Assembly: GCA_012295275.1 (NCBI GenBank)
Contig: CM022679.1
Location: forward strand, 1,798,001 to 1,862,000
Reading direction: 5' to 3'
Length of the DNA: 64,000 nucleotides
Origin: Chrysomallon squamiferum
Taxonomy: Eukaryota > Animalia > Mollusca
Shown here: one piece after another, positions 38,401 to 51,766 of the stretch
Layout: every line of letters begins with the position of its first letter
How positions within the stretch are numbered: position 1 is the stretch's first letter
The notes under the pieces: model-generated
Seen by the model: only the letters and a program-made list of their open reading frames with translations
Told to the model about the DNA's origin: nothing
Databases searched by the model: none
Translations under genes and position numbers: made by a program

Positions 38401-41157
38401 TTCTCACAATCGTCACAGTAAAATAACTATTGTTGCAGATATGATTATTTTGTTAATTGTATATAAAAGAATTATTTTCAAGACACTCATATAAACTATA
38501 TATAACTGTGACCGTGTACAAATGATGTAGCTGTGTAATTTCATGCAAACATCAATGATATATTTCTAGTACACTGTGATTGATAGACATGGATTAAACT
38601 TAATTTTACCTTAATGTTGATTGACATACTGTAAACACATTTAAAACTTTAACAGATATTAATATATTAATTTTTATAAATCAGTGTATTAATTCTAGTG
38701 AATATAGTTTCTGATAAAATACTACATTAAAATAAAATTTATAGATGTTAATACATATACTTACTAGAAAATACTACATTATAAAACTTTACAAATATAT
38801 ACTTATATATAAGACTATATTTAAACAAAAATTACACCTACAGTTCCAGTTATTTCTCAGTTAGTCTGTAAATTAAAGAAAATGTTTAATGTGTCTGACA
38901 TCTGTGTTTAATCAAACAGCCGAGTCACGAAGGTTTCTTCCACTGTCTTGACATCTGGATGACTTTCCTTGACTACCTGCACATCAAGTGTAAAGAGAGG
39001 TCGTCTGACAGCACAGCTGTTATACAGAGGTCAGGCTTTACCACAAATGTACATTCAGTTTATATTTAGATGGGCAAGACGCTTGTTGTGTGTAAGATTT
39101 AACTAAATGTTCCTCTGATCACCTTATAGTTATGCAAAGATTAGATTTTGACACTGAAACCTTAACAAGTTAAAAGACAGTACTGATTTTGAGAGAAGAT
39201 TTTTTATATATATTTCATTCACAGTGTTAAATAAGTTGTAACATTGCAGTGAGCTATTTCAGTGTACTTGTGAGATAAAGATAGTGTTTTTTATATATAT
39301 ATTTCATTCACAGTGTTAAATACGTTGTAACATTGCAGTGAGCTATTTCAGTGTACTTGTGAGATAAAAATAGTGGTTTTTTAGAAGTTGATGCTGATGC
39401 TGAGAAGCACACTTTTGCTGATGTTTCAGATACAAGGAGGCACTGACGTCGCTTGTATCACATATTTTCCAGAAACTTCTCTTCCGATACAACCAGGCAC
39501 AGCTTGAGGAGCTGGATGATGAAACTTTAACTGATGATGTGAGTAGATTATTGTTTTATGATGATGTGAGTAGATTATTGTTTTATGATGATATTAGTAG
39601 ATTTTTGTTTTCTAATGATGAGTAGATTATTTTACACAATATATTTTTTTTTAGGTATACAATTGGTAAATATATCTGTAGATACAGTGATATAAAATCT
39701 ATCTACCAGTGTAAAATATACAGATGTTCAAGTGTGGATGTAAAATATTTTGATAAAATATAAATATATCTACCTAGGTAAAATACACAAGTTTTTAATG
39801 TGTGTGTAGATGTTGTTGTTGTTTTTCAGGAAGAGACAGAATGGCAACATTTTCTCAGAAACTGTTTGGAAGTTGTAGCCAAAGTAGCAGAACTGATTCC
39901 AGCTGAAACTTTTCAGATGATTGTAAGATTTTTTTTTCGTTTCTCATAACAGTTTCAGTCCATTAATTTTGTTTTGGCTTGTTGCTGCTTCACTCTTCCA
40001 GGACATTGTATCATATTCTTATATCAGTCATGTAATACTGATTGAATGTTAAATAAATACTAACATTGTAACAAATCTCTATAGCAGTCTGTTTGATACA
40101 CTGGCATTTCTAGAACACTGGTTGGAATGAATACAAGTAACATAGAGACATTTCTGTAGTGGTCAGTCTGTTTCACTGGGTTTTCTGGGACTCTGGGTGG
40201 GATAGGACATTGTTTAGACACACACTGTTTGCTGTGTGACAGGTTTACTGTCTGTATTTCAGTGGGAGCAGTTTGAGGAACACGTCAATGCGTACCTGGC
40301 GATGGAGTCGTGCGTGACGATGTGCGAGACTGGCAGACAGCTGCGTGTGAATGGTGAGAACGAGTGCCGACGTCTGCACTGCACACTGAGAGACCTGTCG
40401 TCCTACATCCAGGCCCTCGGCCGCCTCGCTGAACACTTCATAGGTGACATGTTCACTGAGCGATACGCCAATGCGCAGCTCCTCATTGAAAAGTGTGTCT
40501 TCACAGTATTAGTTTTAACATTTTTATTATTTATTAGTTTTTTTTAATATACGTATGCATGCATGCTCATTAAAAAATTGTATATCTCAATAGTACTTGT
40601 TTCTTTTTAATGTTTTTTTATTTCACATTTATTTTACAAATTCCCATTTCATAAAATTTTTAGAAGTTCGTGTAAATTAATCACATATCTAATGTGCTGT
40701 TGTCATAGCTGCATTTTTGTGCATCAGGAAGTACATTCATGCACAAACATACATACAGCTGAACATACAGATATACTAATGCATATTTCTGTTCATACTT
40801 GCAGTGCAAATGTTGATGCATGTACATACAAGTATTCATCTGTATATAACTGCACTTACCCCATGGATTAAAACACTCAGTTTTGCCTCTCATAAAAAAA
40901 AATGTGTGTCTGTCCATATTTTTATGGAAAACTGGCCTTACACACAAAGAAATATTTTAATTTACTCTGTTTCAGGTTTGTTCACCTGTCTGCTTACAGT
41001 ACCAGAGTAAAACTGTTTGACGTGAAATCTATAGCTCAGTCAGTTTTAGAACCTGACTTTATTGAAGTGTGAGTGTTTGAAACATTTCTCCTTTTTGTTT
41101 TTTTTATTTGTTTTATTGTTACTATAATTTATTATTATTATAGTAGTAGTAGTATTA

Positions 41158-41207
<50 letters not shown>

Positions 41208-44200
41208 GTTGTTGTTGTTTTAATGTATTTAATAACAAAGTAAGACAAGTTCAGATTTTCATTAATATTACCATGGAAACTGAATGTTTACCTTGTTTCC
41301 ATATCAGAAGTCACGTTTACTTTCAGACATGCTCAGGTTTTGGCAGGAATCAAAGCCTACTCACACTGGATGTCACAGCTGTACAACGAGACACAGAGGA
41401 GAAACCAGGAAAAAGACAAATTCTTTACTCTCATAGCCGCAGTCACAGACTCCATTGTGCCCCTCTTCAACAAAGAAGTAATTTCACATTTTATACTGTT
41501 TACTTCAACTGTTCAATAAATTCCTTTATCTGTCATTGTAACAAACAGATAATTGTTTAACTGATTGAGTGATAGAAAAGCAAAGACTGGGTTTATCTCA
41601 GTATCAAATGTTAAAGACATGTGGGTAATTTAATAAAAGAATATAAAATATGTTTGTAAATTAGTCTTGAGTGAATAAATAATTGTAAAGATTAAGTCAG
41701 ATGGTAATTCTACAGCAAGTTTTCTGTCACAGATTAACAGATAAATTAAAAATGTTATTATTACAACACCATTCATCTTTGTCATTTCAGCAGTTCTGAT
41801 TTTTATTTTGTTATGATAAGAGTTCTTCTGGTAGTTTTAAAACTGGAATAAATTATATACAGCAATTAATAATAATAATAATAATAATAATACAAGAACC
41901 ATCACAGTAGTAATAATCACAACAACAACAATAAAGATTATAATTTTTATTTGATTTCAGACACCAGAAAAGATAGTTCAGTCTGCTGCTCATCTTCTTG
42001 TTTCCATGACAACTACAGTACGACCCTCATTCCTCCTCCAGTTGGAGAGCATGCAGTCCCTGTATCAGAGAGCAACCAATAATGAATGTTGTCACTTCAA
42101 ACATGAGGCAAACTTTTTTTTTCCTACTCTCTCTTTTGGAGTATCAATTTGACAATAACAAAAAAAAAAAAATCATAAGACAAGAAATTAAGATTTTTTA
42201 AACAACATTTCCAAACAGATTTCTGTGTTAAAATATGTGTATCTGTGTTTCTTAGAAATGATAAATAAAAAAACCAATTTATTTTATTTTTCAGACACGG
42301 TTACTTTTGTATCGGTCACTATCTCACTATCTCATGTTGCCATGGCCAAATACATCTGAGGCTGACCAGGACTGGCCAAATCGGTCAGAGCATCATGCCA
42401 AGTTCACACATCAGCTGGCCAGCGGCTATCTGCAGCTGAAAGACTTGCCTGGAATAACACACGACAAAAACATACAGAATCAAGGTTTTAACTTCATCTT
42501 GTGTTTCAAACACACACTCAGAAATGTTAAAGAGATTAATTAGAATTAGTGAAATAAATATTTTATGTGTTTAAGATATTGTTTGTGGGTATCTACAACT
42601 GAATAGATGAAAGTTAATTTGACATTTCAGTGCATTGAAAAACAAACATTAAAAACATTTAAAATATATATAAGTATTTTTACCTTGATGTATATTTGTT
42701 TTTTTAAAAGTAAAAGTGTTTTCAAAAAAGAAATACAAAAAATACATTTTATATTTGTTGTTTTTTTAAAGTAAAAATGAAGATAAAAGATATACATAAA
42801 CTGTATTTTGTATTTGTTTTTTAAAAGTAACACTGCTAATAAAAAATATGGACCTAAAATAAATCCTGTATTTTTGTTCTTCGAAGCCAAACAGATAATA
42901 AAAGAGACGCTGAAGATGTTTGAGGAATGGATTACGTCCATAGCAGACGAAGTGGCTCGCAGTAAACAGATTTGTTTTCACTCACTGCAAGAGTCCATCC
43001 AAGTTGCCCTCACTCTCTTTCCACTGTACATGCAGCAGCCTGGTCAGTTTCACTGGGGTTTTCAAATTTTATTAATATATTCCATTTTTCAAATACTGTG
43101 AAATTAATATTATTAATATATTTACCTTTTCTTAAATAATGTAAAATCAATTTTATTAATGTACTTCATTTTTCAATTATTTTAAAATTAATTTTAGTTA
43201 CTCCTTTTTTCAAGTGTTGTAAAATTACTTTTGCCATTAATATTTCTTTAGTAAAAATTGTTATTTAAATTATGTTTTTTGTTTTGATTCTTGATTATTA
43301 ATATTTATCTGAAATGACATATCAGTATGTGTGAGAATATTGAAATATTAATTTATAGATGATTAATAATGTGATTTCAGATATGATAGACGACATGATG
43401 AGTTTTTTTCTTGCGCTGTTTCAAGGTTTGCGGATACAAATGGGAGTTGCATTCACAGAAAACGCTCTTCGAACATTTGTCAGACTTTTCACCAGGTGAA
43501 AATATCTTTATTAACAGCACCTGCAACAACAGCAGCTATTATGAAAAACCGAATTTACTTCTTTCTTTAAAAAAATAGCATTAACATGTTCTTGTTCTGT
43601 ATGATAAATATATGATCCCACAATGTAAACTTCTGGTCATCCTTTTTTTATTTATATATTGTTTTATTATTTTGTTTTTATTTATTTATTTATGTATTTT
43701 ATTTTATTTTATTTTATGATTGCAGAGAACAGCTAACTAATATCATACAACAAGGAAGCAGTTCAAGTATCAGTGTTGTAGAAAAGTAGGTTTGTTTTAT
43801 TTCTTGCAAATGTAGCTGTGTTTGTATTTAAATAGTAATGTAATACTGGTTACTGTGTTTGTATTTAAGTAGTAATAGTAATACTGGTTACTATGTTTGT
43901 ATTTAAATAGTAAAACTTGTTACTGTGTTTGTATTTAAATAGTAAAACTTGTTATTATTTAAATAGTAAAACTTGTTACTGTGTTTGTATTTAAATAGTA
44001 AAACTGGTTGCTGTTTTTTGTATTTAAATAGTAATACTGGTTACTGTGTTGTATTTAAATAGTAATACTGGTTACTGTGTTTGTATTTAAATAGTAATAC
44101 TGGTTACTGTGTCTATTTAAATAGTAAAACTTGTTACTGTGTTTGTATTTAAATAGTAAAACTGGTTGTTGTGTTTGTATTTAAATAGTAATACTGGTTA

Positions 44201-45213
44201 CTGTGTGTTTAAATAGTAAAACTTGTTACTGTGTTTGTATTTAAATAGTAAAACTGGTTGTTGTGTTTGTATTTAAATAGTAATACTGGTTACTGTGTCT
44301 GTATTTAAATAGTAATACTGGTTACTGTGTTTGTATTTAAATAGTAATACTGGTTACTGTGTCTATTTAAATAGTAAAACTTGTTACTGTGTTTGTATTT
44401 AAATAGTAAAACTGGTTGTTGTGTTTGTATTTAAATAGTAATGCTGGTTACTGTGTTTGTATTTAAATAGTAAAACTGGTTGTTGTGTTTGTATTTAAAT
44501 AGTAATGCTGGTTACTGTGTCTGTATTTAAATAGTAATACTGGTTACTGTGTTTGTATTTAAATAGTAATACTTGTTACTGTGTCTATTTAAATAGTAAA
44601 ACTTGTTACTGTTTCTGTATTTAAATAGTAAAACTGGTTGTTGTGCTTGTATTTAAATAGTAATGCTGGTTCTGTGTTTGTATTCAGGTTTCTCAGACTA
44701 CTACAGCTGATAGTACAGGAGCCAGGTTCCTCCTTCAAAGCATTTCTACCTCAAGTGTTGACAATTTCTCTTGACCAAATATATCCAATTATTGCTGAGG
44801 TAAGAAAATAAAAATTTAAAAATTTGGTTTAATAGAGTCATAAATAAAACAAAAATTAAAAATTAAAGATGTTATTTTTCATGATTTTCTGTATATTCAT
44901 CAACTTTACATTGTTTATCTATAAATATTTGTATAATTGTTGTCGACTTGTTTATTCTGTATTAACTACAAAACCCATGAATTATTGAATTACTTTAAAG
45001 TGCACAAAATAAAAAAAGCATTTAAATAAATAACAAACAAATATTCCATAAAGGATTTGTTTAAAATACACATATAATATAAAATATACATAAAATGTAG
45101 TTTTACCGGGTTTTTTTATTAGTAGTATTATCATTTTTTATTTACCTATTTATTTTTATCTCTTCTGTTGATCTATCTTCATTCCTTTTTACTCTCTCTC
45201 TCTCTCTCTTTCT

Positions 45214-45279
<66 letters not shown>

Positions 45280-46383
45280 CCATATTTCTCAGTATACCAA
45301 CGTATTTGTTTGATTTAAAGAGACCATCTCCAGACATCAAGGTTGTATTTTACAAACTGCTACATGAGTTGGTCATACACAACTGGAGATATTTCTTCAA
45401 AGGTTCAGTGATTTCCACTCTGCAGAATCAGGCAGAGCAGTTAGACAATGAGCCTCAGTTCATAGCCATAATGCAGGTTTCTTTATTTTTACTATATATA
45501 ATTATATTCATACTTACACTGTTAAATAAATCAGTATTTAATTATATTTCATACATACACTGTTAAATAAATCACATTTATAGCCATAATGCAGGTTTCT
45601 TTATTTTTACTATGTTTAATTATTAAATAAATCAATAAATTAAAATATATTATTTTGTCTGAAAAAATGTAGTATTTTGTTTGAAAAAGTCAATTAATAA
45701 GTAATATTTAGTTTGAAGAAGTAAGTAAGAAAATAAGAAAGAAAAATTTTGTTTGAGAAAATAAATAAATAAAGTAAAAATATTTTAGATGAAATAAATA
45801 AAAAAGTAAAATTTCATTTGAAAAAGTAAATAAAAAAAATGTGTTTGTTTTCAGGCCTATGGACAGTCTTTTCTTCAGCCAGATATCACAGTTTTCAAAC
45901 AGAATATCGAGTCTCTAGAAATGATCAACACAAAATGGAAGCTTTATCACAGAGTTTGTACATGTTATTTTTAAATATTAATATTTTATGTATAATCATG
46001 TGTATTTAAAAACATACTGACACATATATATCAAACTTTGTTTTTAAGTTTCCCACATCACAGTTTTAAAAATAAATTACAAAAACATCAATCAATATAA
46101 TTTTTTTTTTTTTTTTTTTTTAAAGTTTTTATAAAATATTATTATTGTTTGTTTCAGGGGAGTTTGTCCAATTTGTATTTTATATAGATACTCAAGAATC
46201 AGTTATTTTAATAATATTGATAGATTTTATTTTATACTTACATTATTATATTAAATAATTTCCAGTTAATAGCTGTCGTCTAGTTTTAATACACCTGCAT
46301 ATACATTTATATTTTGTTTATATTTTTATTTTCGTCTTCTTTTTTTTTAATGTATATTTTTCTGTTTATATTATTATTAATGC

Positions 46384-46428
<45 letters not shown>

Positions 46429-47434
46429 TTAAAATTGTTCTTTATTAACATTTAATTTTTGTTTTCAGATGATATTTCAGAAACTGATGCTTGCCCAGTT
46501 CCTTCAAGTCCTTATCCAGGTTTTGATCCAGCGATCTCACGACCTGCTGCAGGAGGAGATTGTCATCATGGTGTACAACATGGCAGCCGTCGACTTCGAC
46601 ACGTTCTACTCGACCTTTCTGCCTCAGTTTCTGTCGTCTTGTGAATGGCTGGATGGAAACCAGAAAAAAGTGCTCAGTGACAACTTCAAAGTGGAAAAGG
46701 TTTGTCAGCAAATTGTAATTAAAATCTTGTCATACTTACCTGTTTGAGATACGCCACATTTGAAATCAGCAGATGTCCAGAATATTTTACAATTCAGCTT
46801 CAGCATAAATAATTTTCAGGTAACAATAATTTTATTTAGCACTGGGATTACTGGCAAGATGTCAAGTCCAGTGCCTGCCCACACAGCTTGTACTACATGA
46901 AATATTTCTAGGTATTTATTATAATTTTATATAGCATACAACCTGTACTGTATGTCAGGCTTAAAAAATCATTTTGTTAAAACTGAAATGACTATTGTAA
47001 TGAATTATTTGTCATGTGAAGTTTTCAGGTACTTAAGTGTGATTTTTGTTTTGTTATGTGAAATTTTCACATACTTGATTGTGATTTTTTTTTTTATATA
47101 TACATCTAAGTTTCAAGTACTTGAGTGTGATTTTTTGTTTTATGTTTTGTTTATGTTTTGGCCAGTTTTTATAATATTAATCACGTCACATGTTACTGAA
47201 TTTTAAACTGGAATCCATTCTTAAAACGGAGAAGTCTGAAATATATTATGTATATAATGAAGAAAACACAGAACATTTTAATAATAGAAATTTTAATTTA
47301 TTGTTGTTCAAATGTACATATCATCATTTCAGGATCTGCCATCATTCACACAGAATGTGCATCGTCTAGTCAACGACATTCGCTATTACAGACTGATCAA
47401 CAACGGCCGCATCGCTGCTCCTGTTCCCTTCTGA
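32230..47434 (+). CDS. XPO6: Exportin-6 (importin-beta family, actin/profilin nuclear export receptor)
   Basis: 24 coding exons: 32230-32232, 32926-33016, 33407-33519, 34090-34287, 34601-34760, 36366-36500, 36999-37434, 37883-38009, 38920-39029, 39430-39538, 39830-39922, 40263-40492, 40976-41068, 41327-41477, 41961-42107, 42295-42484, 42887-43042, 43381-43495, 43726-43785, 44688-44799, 45321-45476, 45855-45953, 46469-46699, 47333-47434. Peptides SLQALESLMTEFF, IRNKLIKLVVDIGRSDWP, ATPPPSPT, CLAHYFSWIPLS, SHDLLQEEI, DLPSFTQNVHRLVNDIRYYRL match vertebrate XPO6. Confidence 0.96.
32392..32452. repeat. (CT)n microsatellite in XPO6 intron 1
   Basis: Direct inspection. Confidence 0.95.
34773..35823. 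repeat. 33-bp (some 30-bp) intronic minisatellite, ~32 units
   Basis: Unit TCTAGTCTGTTTGTTATCAGCTCTTACTGCCTG starting about 12 nt after the XPO6 exon 5 donor. Confidence 0.95.
39200..39375. repeat. Two-copy ~88-bp tandem duplication in XPO6 intron 9
   Basis: TTTTATATATATTTCATTCACAGTGTTAAATA.GTTGTAACATTGCAGTGAGCTATTTCAGTGTACTTGTGAGATAAA occurs twice. Confidence 0.9.
39533..39631. repeat. 27-bp tandem repeat of the XPO6 exon 10 donor site
   Basis: GATGAT|GTGAGTAGATTATTGTTTTAT repeated twice perfectly, then twice degenerate. Confidence 0.88.
43815..44687. repeat. ~32-bp minisatellite filling nearly all of XPO6 intron 19 (~27 units)
   Basis: Unit GTTACTGTGTTTGTATTTAAATAGTAATACTG; last unit grades into the acceptor CTGTGTTTGTATTCAG. 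Confidence 0.93.
45217..45277. repeat. (TG)n microsatellite
   Basis: Direct inspection. Confidence 0.95.
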
Positions 47435-49320
47435 ACATCAGCTGTGCACGCTGCAGTCACTGGACAGTTAACCAGTTTTTACCTGTTTTCTTAAAATCAA
47501 TCTAGTCAGACATAATGTTCGTAAGTGTACCAAATTTGTGTCTTAGAAAGATTGATAGTAATAATATCAACTCATTATCCATTAACTCAGAGCAAAATCA
47601 TCGTGAAAATAGTGACACCGTTTTGTGACACCTGCTGTTAGTCACACGGATAGTGACTGTGTGTGACAGACAGTGTCGTGTTATCTGTGATGAAGAGAAA
47701 AAAAGGCAGCTTTAGATGTGTATACCTGTTTTAGAGTGGTGATACATTTTTTTTTTCTTTGGTTGAAGATGTTTTTTGTTTTGACTAGTAACCAAAAGTT
47801 GGCCAGTTATTTTTTGATAGATGATAAATACATAATGGAGGTGCTATATGGCCAGTGTTCTTTAAAGTACGGAGGTGAATTATCACCAAGCAGTAAGAGT
47901 GAGAAAGACCAAGCTTTACATACACAACTTTTAACTTGATCAAAGTAAAGAATTGCTTGTGTAAACACTGCAGCCTACAAACTTGTTTTCACCTGTGAGT
48001 TGTGTATGTAAACCACTGGATCTTGAGTTGCTTTCAGGCATCACTGATCTGTGTTGTATCAGGAGCTCAGTGGACTATGACCTGTATGCATGGATCACTG
48101 ATTTAAGAATTTATCTAAGGAAACTTGGACTACAAGTTGTATCTGCAGGTCATTGGACTATGAGTTATAAGAACTGGACTGCAAGCTGTGCCCATGGATG
48201 ACTGGATTAAGTTTCATCCATGGATTGCTGGACTGTAAATTGGATCAGTAGGACTAAGATTTGTAAAGATTTGGTGTGAGAGCGATGCAGGGAGAGAGAG
48301 GTATACAAAGTCTGTTGTTAACACATCAGTCACTGGGCTTGAGATGTTAAATTACTGTACATCATCTGTTTTAACATGCACTGAATAGTCAAACATGTCT
48401 GCCACAAAAGCTGGATGTTTTAGTAGATGTGTCAAAATTCTTTACATTACATTAATACCATTCTCACCTTCATCATAATGTTCCTTTAGTTACAGGACCA
48501 AAGTCTCAGTACTTATAATTAAGAGATATTACAAAAGAGCATAGATATCCAAATAATCTAATATATATATATAGTGATATATACATAAGTGAAATTTTTT
48601 TGATGTCTATGCTTTGTTTTCAGTTTCATTTCAGGAAATAAAAAAATTGGATTTTCATTATTTTGCTTCAGTTGAGCAGTATGGAAGTTTAAAAATATAT
48701 ATATCCACACACACATGTGTTATCAAAAGTCTGGCTACTTTTTCTCTCTACTGCTGATTCTTACATTGTTAACCCAGATAAATAAAAACACAGAACATTA
48801 TGATCAGTATTACGTCAATAGCAGTGAATTAATTTGACACAATCATCAATCAATGTGACTTTAAGTATCAAAAATATTTTTCTCTGTTTATGTAACAAAT
48901 CGGTAGTTTTAACATATTTGTAGAATGCATAAAACTGTTTAACAGGAATAACTGCAGTGTGAACAGTTTATTTTATTTTGTTTTTAAATTATACTAAGGA
49001 GATTGACAACTATAAAGCAATAACCTGTTATAACATCACATCGGTCCAAATCTGATTCAGTTTTTATAAACATTTAAAACATTTTGTGTTGTTTAAATGT
49101 CTGAGTGCCAAGATAGATTTAGTATTTGTGATGATAATGTTGTGTTGCCTTAAGTAGTAGTATTTTTAAAGTATATTTTAGATCACCAAGACATGCAGTG
49201 TCTGAAATAAGTAATTAGTAACAAAATGTTTTTATTTTGTTGACTGCTGTAAGGTCAAATGTAGTCATTGATAATATCATAAATATGATTTTTGACAAAA
49301 ATAGAGAAAATATATCTATA

Positions 49321-49358
<38 letters not shown>

Positions 49359-50988
49359 ATTATAACTACAAAGTAGTCCAAAGATGAGTTTTATTATAAA
49401 AAGTGTAATTGACTAGTGCTATATGTTTGTGTTTGTTTGAAGATAATTCCATGTTTCACAAAATTCCAGATATTTTATAATGTGATTTCTTTATGCTAAT
49501 GCATATGCATATCTGAGAGAGTTCATGTGTAATGTGTGTCTGTAATGTGTGTATATGTGTATTTGAATTAGCTTGTGTGTGTTTATGTGGAAAGGTGTTT
49601 GCAGATGTACCTTTATATGCTTGAAAATATATACAAGTCCATATGTGTTCCAAGTGTGTAGGTTTGGGTGTGTTTGTGTAGATATGCATGCATGGTGTAT
49701 GTATCTGCTTCAGTCCTGCTCATATGCTGATATATACTTATACGTTTTTTTTTTTCCCCAGATGCAACGGTAGTTGTTACAGAATGAATATCTACTATTG
49801 TTTTCAGCTGTAATTGTTTTTTTGAGGAAGTGAGAACAAATATATAGGCTGATTTAAAACGGTTATTTACAATAAACTTTAAAGCATCATTAAACTTATT
49901 TTTAATAATAATTGATTAGTTTATCAAATTAATATTCTTCACATACTCTTTTTTCCAAAATATGTTATCTTAAATGTAATTATTTTGTGTGAAAAATTAT
50001 TATTAACTATTTAAAAAAAAAATATTAAAAAAAAAATTTTAAATTTTAGAAAAAAGGGGAGAAATGACTATTTTGTGACAAGAAATGTAATAAAGTAATA
50101 AAATAATTTAGATGTGAGGTGGAAATATTTAAGAAATATTTTTTGTACTGAAACTGCTACACACATGGGTTAATTCAGACAGTGCTGTCAATATAAGTAA
50201 TGCTTTATGCAAATATTTTCAGTTTTGTATGCAAGTCGAATGGCAGAATTATGTTAATAGTTTTACCATAAATAGATGTGTGTGTGTGTGTGTGTTAGTG
50301 TTAAAATCTGAATGATCTTTCACCATTAATATGAATGTAAACAAATCTAAATGTTCACAGTTACTGATTACTTTGATTATAATTGACTCATAATTTCATC
50401 TTTTCAAAATTACCATATGGAATTTCATTATTACATTTTAGAGGAAATCAAATACAAACATAAGAATGTGTAAATATATATGAGTGCGTGTGTGAGAGAA
50501 AGAGAGAACAGTCAATATATAAGACAGTTATCTGATGTCTGAATTTTTATGCCAAAAAAATGTGTTGTCAAGGCAATTTTGGTTTATATTTATTTTCTTT
50601 TATCTTTGCTTTATAATAGCTTTTATATGTTCTGTTATACATCAAAGTATTTTTGTACATTAACATGATATTAAATGAAAAACTGTTCATGTGCCTCTGC
50701 TTAAAATGAATGTGATAACTGCAAGTTATTTTTTATTTTATTTTATTTTATTTTTTTTTTTTTTTTTAAATTGTCTGGGACATAATGTATTGAAGCTTAA
50801 ATTAAAATAAATTTGGTACAAAAATGTTGTTTGTACATTTTATTTATTGTACGGATAATTTTGCATTCAGGATTAGAATGAAGCTTAAAATTAGCTAGGC
50901 CCAGTACAGCTGAAAATACAAAAATCATATAAGCAGCTGCGTGGTGCATTCAGTACTTGCACTGGATATCATCTAAGTTTATACAGTA

Positions 50989-51024
<36 letters not shown>

Positions 51025-51766
51025 CAATGATAATGAAATAGTTGTACTAATGATGCTATTGCACTGCTGCAGTATATATATATATATATATACATTTTCA
51101 TTTTTTTATTATTATTATTAAATGACAGTGATATGGTAATACTAATGATGCTGATCTCATCAACTGATCTCATCAACTGATCTCATCAAATGGAAAGCTT
51201 TGAGAACACAAAACTAAAGGCTTTTTTTACTGGAAGCAAAGAAAAAGAAAAACAACTTGACAGACAGAAAGTTTATTAACTGTCTTTTCTAACACTGGTA
51301 CAGCATACACAAGAAAAGTTCTGGGAAACATTCCTCCCTCTGAAAGCTACATTGATATCCTTTTTTTATATTTCATTTTTATTTCAGTTTTTTTTTGTTT
51401 TGTTTTTCATTATTTTGTTTGGTACATCCAACATGCATTGTTATCCGATATCATTTGCTGCGTGTAACAAACAGTCAGTATTTATGTATATGAAACCCGC
51501 AGTGGGCAAGAACATAAAATAAATATAATAAATTATTGTGTGTTTAAATAATGCTACAAGCAAAACAGAAACATCTAGTTCAGCTACTGAATGTAAAGAT
51601 TACCGCCAAACCAATAAACACACATTTCTGTTGTTAGAAATGATGCACATGTTCAAGTTCATTATCGAAAAACAGCAATAAAAAAAAAAAAGAAATGTTT
51701 GTTAGATGAACACTGTGTTGTGTTTATTGGTTGTCTAGCACAAATGAGTGACAAGCAAACACAGTT

